Shown: piece by piece, positions 61,731 through 64,000 of the stretch
Numbering within the stretch: the first letter of the stretch is position 1
Layout: every line of letters starts with the position of its first letter
Assembly: GCA_040007915.1 (NCBI GenBank)
Contig: JBDTUD010000008.1
Location: 934-64,933, forward strand
DNA: 64,000 bases
Source of the DNA: Sphingorhabdus sp.
GTDB taxonomy: Bacteria; Pseudomonadota; Alphaproteobacteria; Sphingomonadales; Sphingomonadaceae
Reading direction: 5' to 3'
Made by a program: the position numbers and the translations under genes
Notes under the pieces: model-generated
Database searches by the model: none
Seen by the model: the letters and a program-made list of their open reading frames with translations, nothing else
Told to the model about the DNA's origin: nothing

Positions 61731-63416
61731 ATGCGTATCCTGACGCTTGCCTTGATGTCGACATTGGCACTGACCGCCTGCAAAAAGGTGGATTCGCCAG
61801 ATGCTGTTGCGACAGATGCCGTCGCGCCCTCTGAAATTGTAGTTCCCGCATTGTCCGAACAGACGATGAAGGATGTGACCAAAGAACTGTCGCTCGATAG
61901 TTACGAAGGCCGCGCGCCCGGTTCTGTCGGCGAAGCGAAGACCGTCGCATATCTCATCGACAAGTTCAAAGCCGCGGGGCTTGAACCTGGCAATGGGGAA
62001 AGCTGGACGCAGGATGTGCCGCTCGTTGAAATCACAGCCAAGAATGTTTCCGCACTTAGCGTTGCCGACAAAACCGGCAGGGCAATGTCATTTGCCTATG
62101 GCAGCGAGTTTGTGGTCGGCAGCTATCGCGAAACGCCGAAAACCGAAATCAAGGCCAGCGAAATGGTGTTCGTCGGCCATGGCATTGTGGCCCCGGAAAA
62201 AGGCTGGGACGACTATGCCGGTGTTGATGTGAAGGGAAAGACCGTGGTCGTCATGGTCAATGATCCAGATTTCGATGCCAAGGATTTGGAAGGGCCGTTC
62301 GGTGGCAAGGCAATGACCTATTATGGCCGTTGGACCTATAAATATGAGGAAGCGGCGCGCCAGGGTGCGGCCGCTGTACTGATTATCCATGACGATGCGC
62401 CTGCTGCTTATGGCTGGAATGTGGTCAATTCCAGCTGGACCGGAACGCAATTTCTCGCGCAGTCGAAAGATGGTGGTGCCAGCCAGACCGCAGCCAATGG
62501 CTGGATCCAGAAAGCGGTCGCAAAAGAGATATTCGCGGCTGCCGGTCAGGAACTCGACAAGCAGATGGCTGCGGCCAAGCAAAAGGGATTCAAGGCAGTT
62601 CCGCTGGCGCTGACCGCAACGCTCAGCTTTGACAATGACATTACGAAGAAGAACAGCAAGAATGTTATCGGCCTGTTGAAGGGCGCAAAACAGCCCGATG
62701 AATATGTGTTCTATACCGCGCACTGGGACCATCTGGGCCGCTGCACCCCGGCACCCGACGGCGATGATATCTGCAATGGCGCAGTCGATAATGCCACAGG
62801 GTCGGCGGCATTGGTCGCCCTTGCTGAAGCGCACAAGAAGGCAGGCACGCCTGATCGCAGCATTGTTTTTCTGGCTGTAACTGCAGAGGAATCAGGCCTG
62901 CTGGGTTCGAAATATTATGCCGAAAACCCCATCTTTCCGCTCAGCCAAACCGTTGGCGGCGTGAATATGGATGCCTTTTCGATGGCCGGACCGGCCAAGA
63001 ATCTGACGGTGATCGGCAAGGGCAAATCCGGGCTCGACGCCTATCTGGATGCAGCGGCCAAGGCTGAAAACCGGACACCCGACATGGAACCGACGCCGGA
63101 GAAGGGTTTCTATTATCGTTCCGATCATTTCAGCTTTGCCAAGCTTGGTGTGCCGATGGTCTATTTTGAAGGCGGCGATGATCTCGTAACTGGCGGCAAG
63201 GAAGCAGCGAAAGCCGCCGCCGAGGATTACGAGAAGAACCGTTATCACGGGCCCAACGATGAATATGACGAGACATGGGATTGGTCGGGCGTGATGGCCG
63301 ACCTTCGGCTCTATTACCGCGTTGGCCGGATGTTGGCGATGACCGATGCCTGGCCGAACTGGAACGAAGGCGATGAGTTCCGCGCCATCCGCGACAAAAG
63401 CCGGGGCGGGAAATAA
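61731..63416 (+). CDS. M28 family metallopeptidase (aminopeptidase with PA domain), lipoprotein
   Basis: Lipobox LALTAC. HWDHLG, DNATGSAALV, EESGLLGS and SDHFSF metal ligands. Confidence 0.85.
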   Translation: MRILTLALMSTLALTACKKVDSPDAVATDAVAPSEIVVPALSEQTMKDVTKELSLDSYEGRAPGSVGEAKTVAYLIDKFKAAGLEPGNGESWTQDVPLVEITAKNVSALSVADKTGRAMSFAYGSEFVVGSYRETPKTEIKASEMVFVGHGIVAPEKGWDDYAGVDVKGKTVVVMVNDPDFDAKDLEGPFGGKAMTYYGRWTYKYEEAARQGAAAVLIIHDDAPAAYGWNVVNSSWTGTQFLAQSKDGGASQTAANGWIQKAVAKEIFAAAGQELDKQMAAAKQKGFKAVPLALTATLSFDNDITKKNSKNVIGLLKGAKQPDEYVFYTAHWDHLGRCTPAPDGDDICNGAVDNATGSAALVALAEAHKKAGTPDRSIVFLAVTAEESGLLGSKYYAENPIFPLSQTVGGVNMDAFSMAGPAKNLTVIGKGKSGLDAYLDAAAKAENRTPDMEPTPEKGFYYRSDHFSFAKLGVPMVYFEGGDDLVTGGKEAAKAAAEDYEKNRYHGPNDEYDETWDWSGVMADLRLYYRVGRMLAMTDAWPNWNEGDEFRAIRDKSRGGK

Positions 63417-63421
63417 CTTGT

Positions 63422-64000
63422 ATGACATTCCACATGCCCGCAGAATGGGCCCCGCATGAACGCGTCTGGATAGGTTTTCCCAGCTTTTCCGAACATTGGG
63501 AGGAACCGCTTGCCGCCGCCCAGCGGCAGATGGCTGCTTTCGCCAATGCCATTCATGACTGCGGACGGGGAGAGACTGTCCACTTGATCGCAGGCAACGC
63601 GGACGCCGCGAAAGTGGCCCGCGATCTGGTGGATTCTGGAGTAATAGTAGAAGAACGTCATATCGGCGACATCTGGCTCCGCGATACCGGATGCATCATT
63701 GTCAACGATGGCAAAACGCGGATAGCCCGTGACTTCGGTTTTAACGGATGGGGTAACCGGTTCCACTTTGATGGCGATCAAGACATCGGCAAAACCCTGG
63801 CCAAAGCGGCAGGTTTAACGGTGGCCAAATGCGACTGGATCCTCGAAGGCGGATCGATTGATGTTGATGGCGAAGGTGCTGCTATTACCACTGTCGATTG
63901 CCTGCTAAACCCCAACCGCAATGCAAGCTTGGACAAGGCTCACATTGAGGCACGGTTGCGTAGCGATCTCGGGATAGAGCGGTTGCTTTGGTTGGGTGAT
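63422..64000 (+). CDS. aguA: agmatine deiminase family protein; 3' end lies beyond the window edge
   Basis: Absent from the ORF track because it is an edge ORF. My translation gives MTFHMPAEWAPHERVWIGFP...DIWLRDTG...FNGWG, which is PAD_porph / agmatine deiminase-like. Confidence 0.75.
   Translation, partial: MTFHMPAEWAPHERVWIGFPSFSEHWEEPLAAAQRQMAAFANAIHDCGRGETVHLIAGNADAAKVARDLVDSGVIVEERHIGDIWLRDTGCIIVNDGKTRIARDFGFNGWGNRFHFDGDQDIGKTLAKAAGLTVAKCDWILEGGSIDVDGEGAAITTVDCLLNPNRNASLDKAHIEARLRSDLGIERLLWLGD

Overview
The window is a gene-dense, mostly housekeeping chromosomal segment of an alphaproteobacterium, probably Sphingomonadales-like (inference). Three things support this. First, there is a circularly permuted two-piece tmRNA gene. 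Second, GTTC-N7-GTTC SOS boxes lie upstream of recA. Third, the gene content includes a CckA-like kinase, an HdaA-like protein, bamD-recN-ligA and lptD-surA-pdxA-rsmA. I support about 60 protein genes. These include sdhC (partial), prmA, phhA, ligA, recN, bamD, icd, alaS, recA, smpB, dapA, greB, aspS, rnd, purM, purN, ndk, holC, pepA, astA, astB, rpiB, glyA, nrdR and rpsD. I also call one tmRNA, several rho-independent terminators and many palindromic intergenic repeats. I found no rRNA, no free-standing tRNA, no CRISPR array, no intact mobile element, and no recognisable defence or secretion system. Accessory material is limited to three places. One is a small islet between bamD and icd, containing a double-HTH small-terminase-like protein, ParDE and small ORFs. 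Another is a decayed IS200/IS110 composite scar at 39.3-39.8 kb, with a 73-bp miniature copy next to the recA terminator. The third is a short region around the tmRNA gene. The most unusual observations are as follows. An 80-nt near-perfect inverted repeat lies in frame inside ligA and adds 27 codons. A family of REPIN-like hairpin doublets shows covarying stems. A 141-bp palindromic element supplies and sequesters the purN Shine-Dalgarno sequence and start codon. PurN is fused to a YjbR/MmcQ-like domain. A 12-bp perfect inverted repeat brackets the AT-rich promoter region of an outer-membrane protein gene. All homology statements come from reading the translations by eye. No database search was run.
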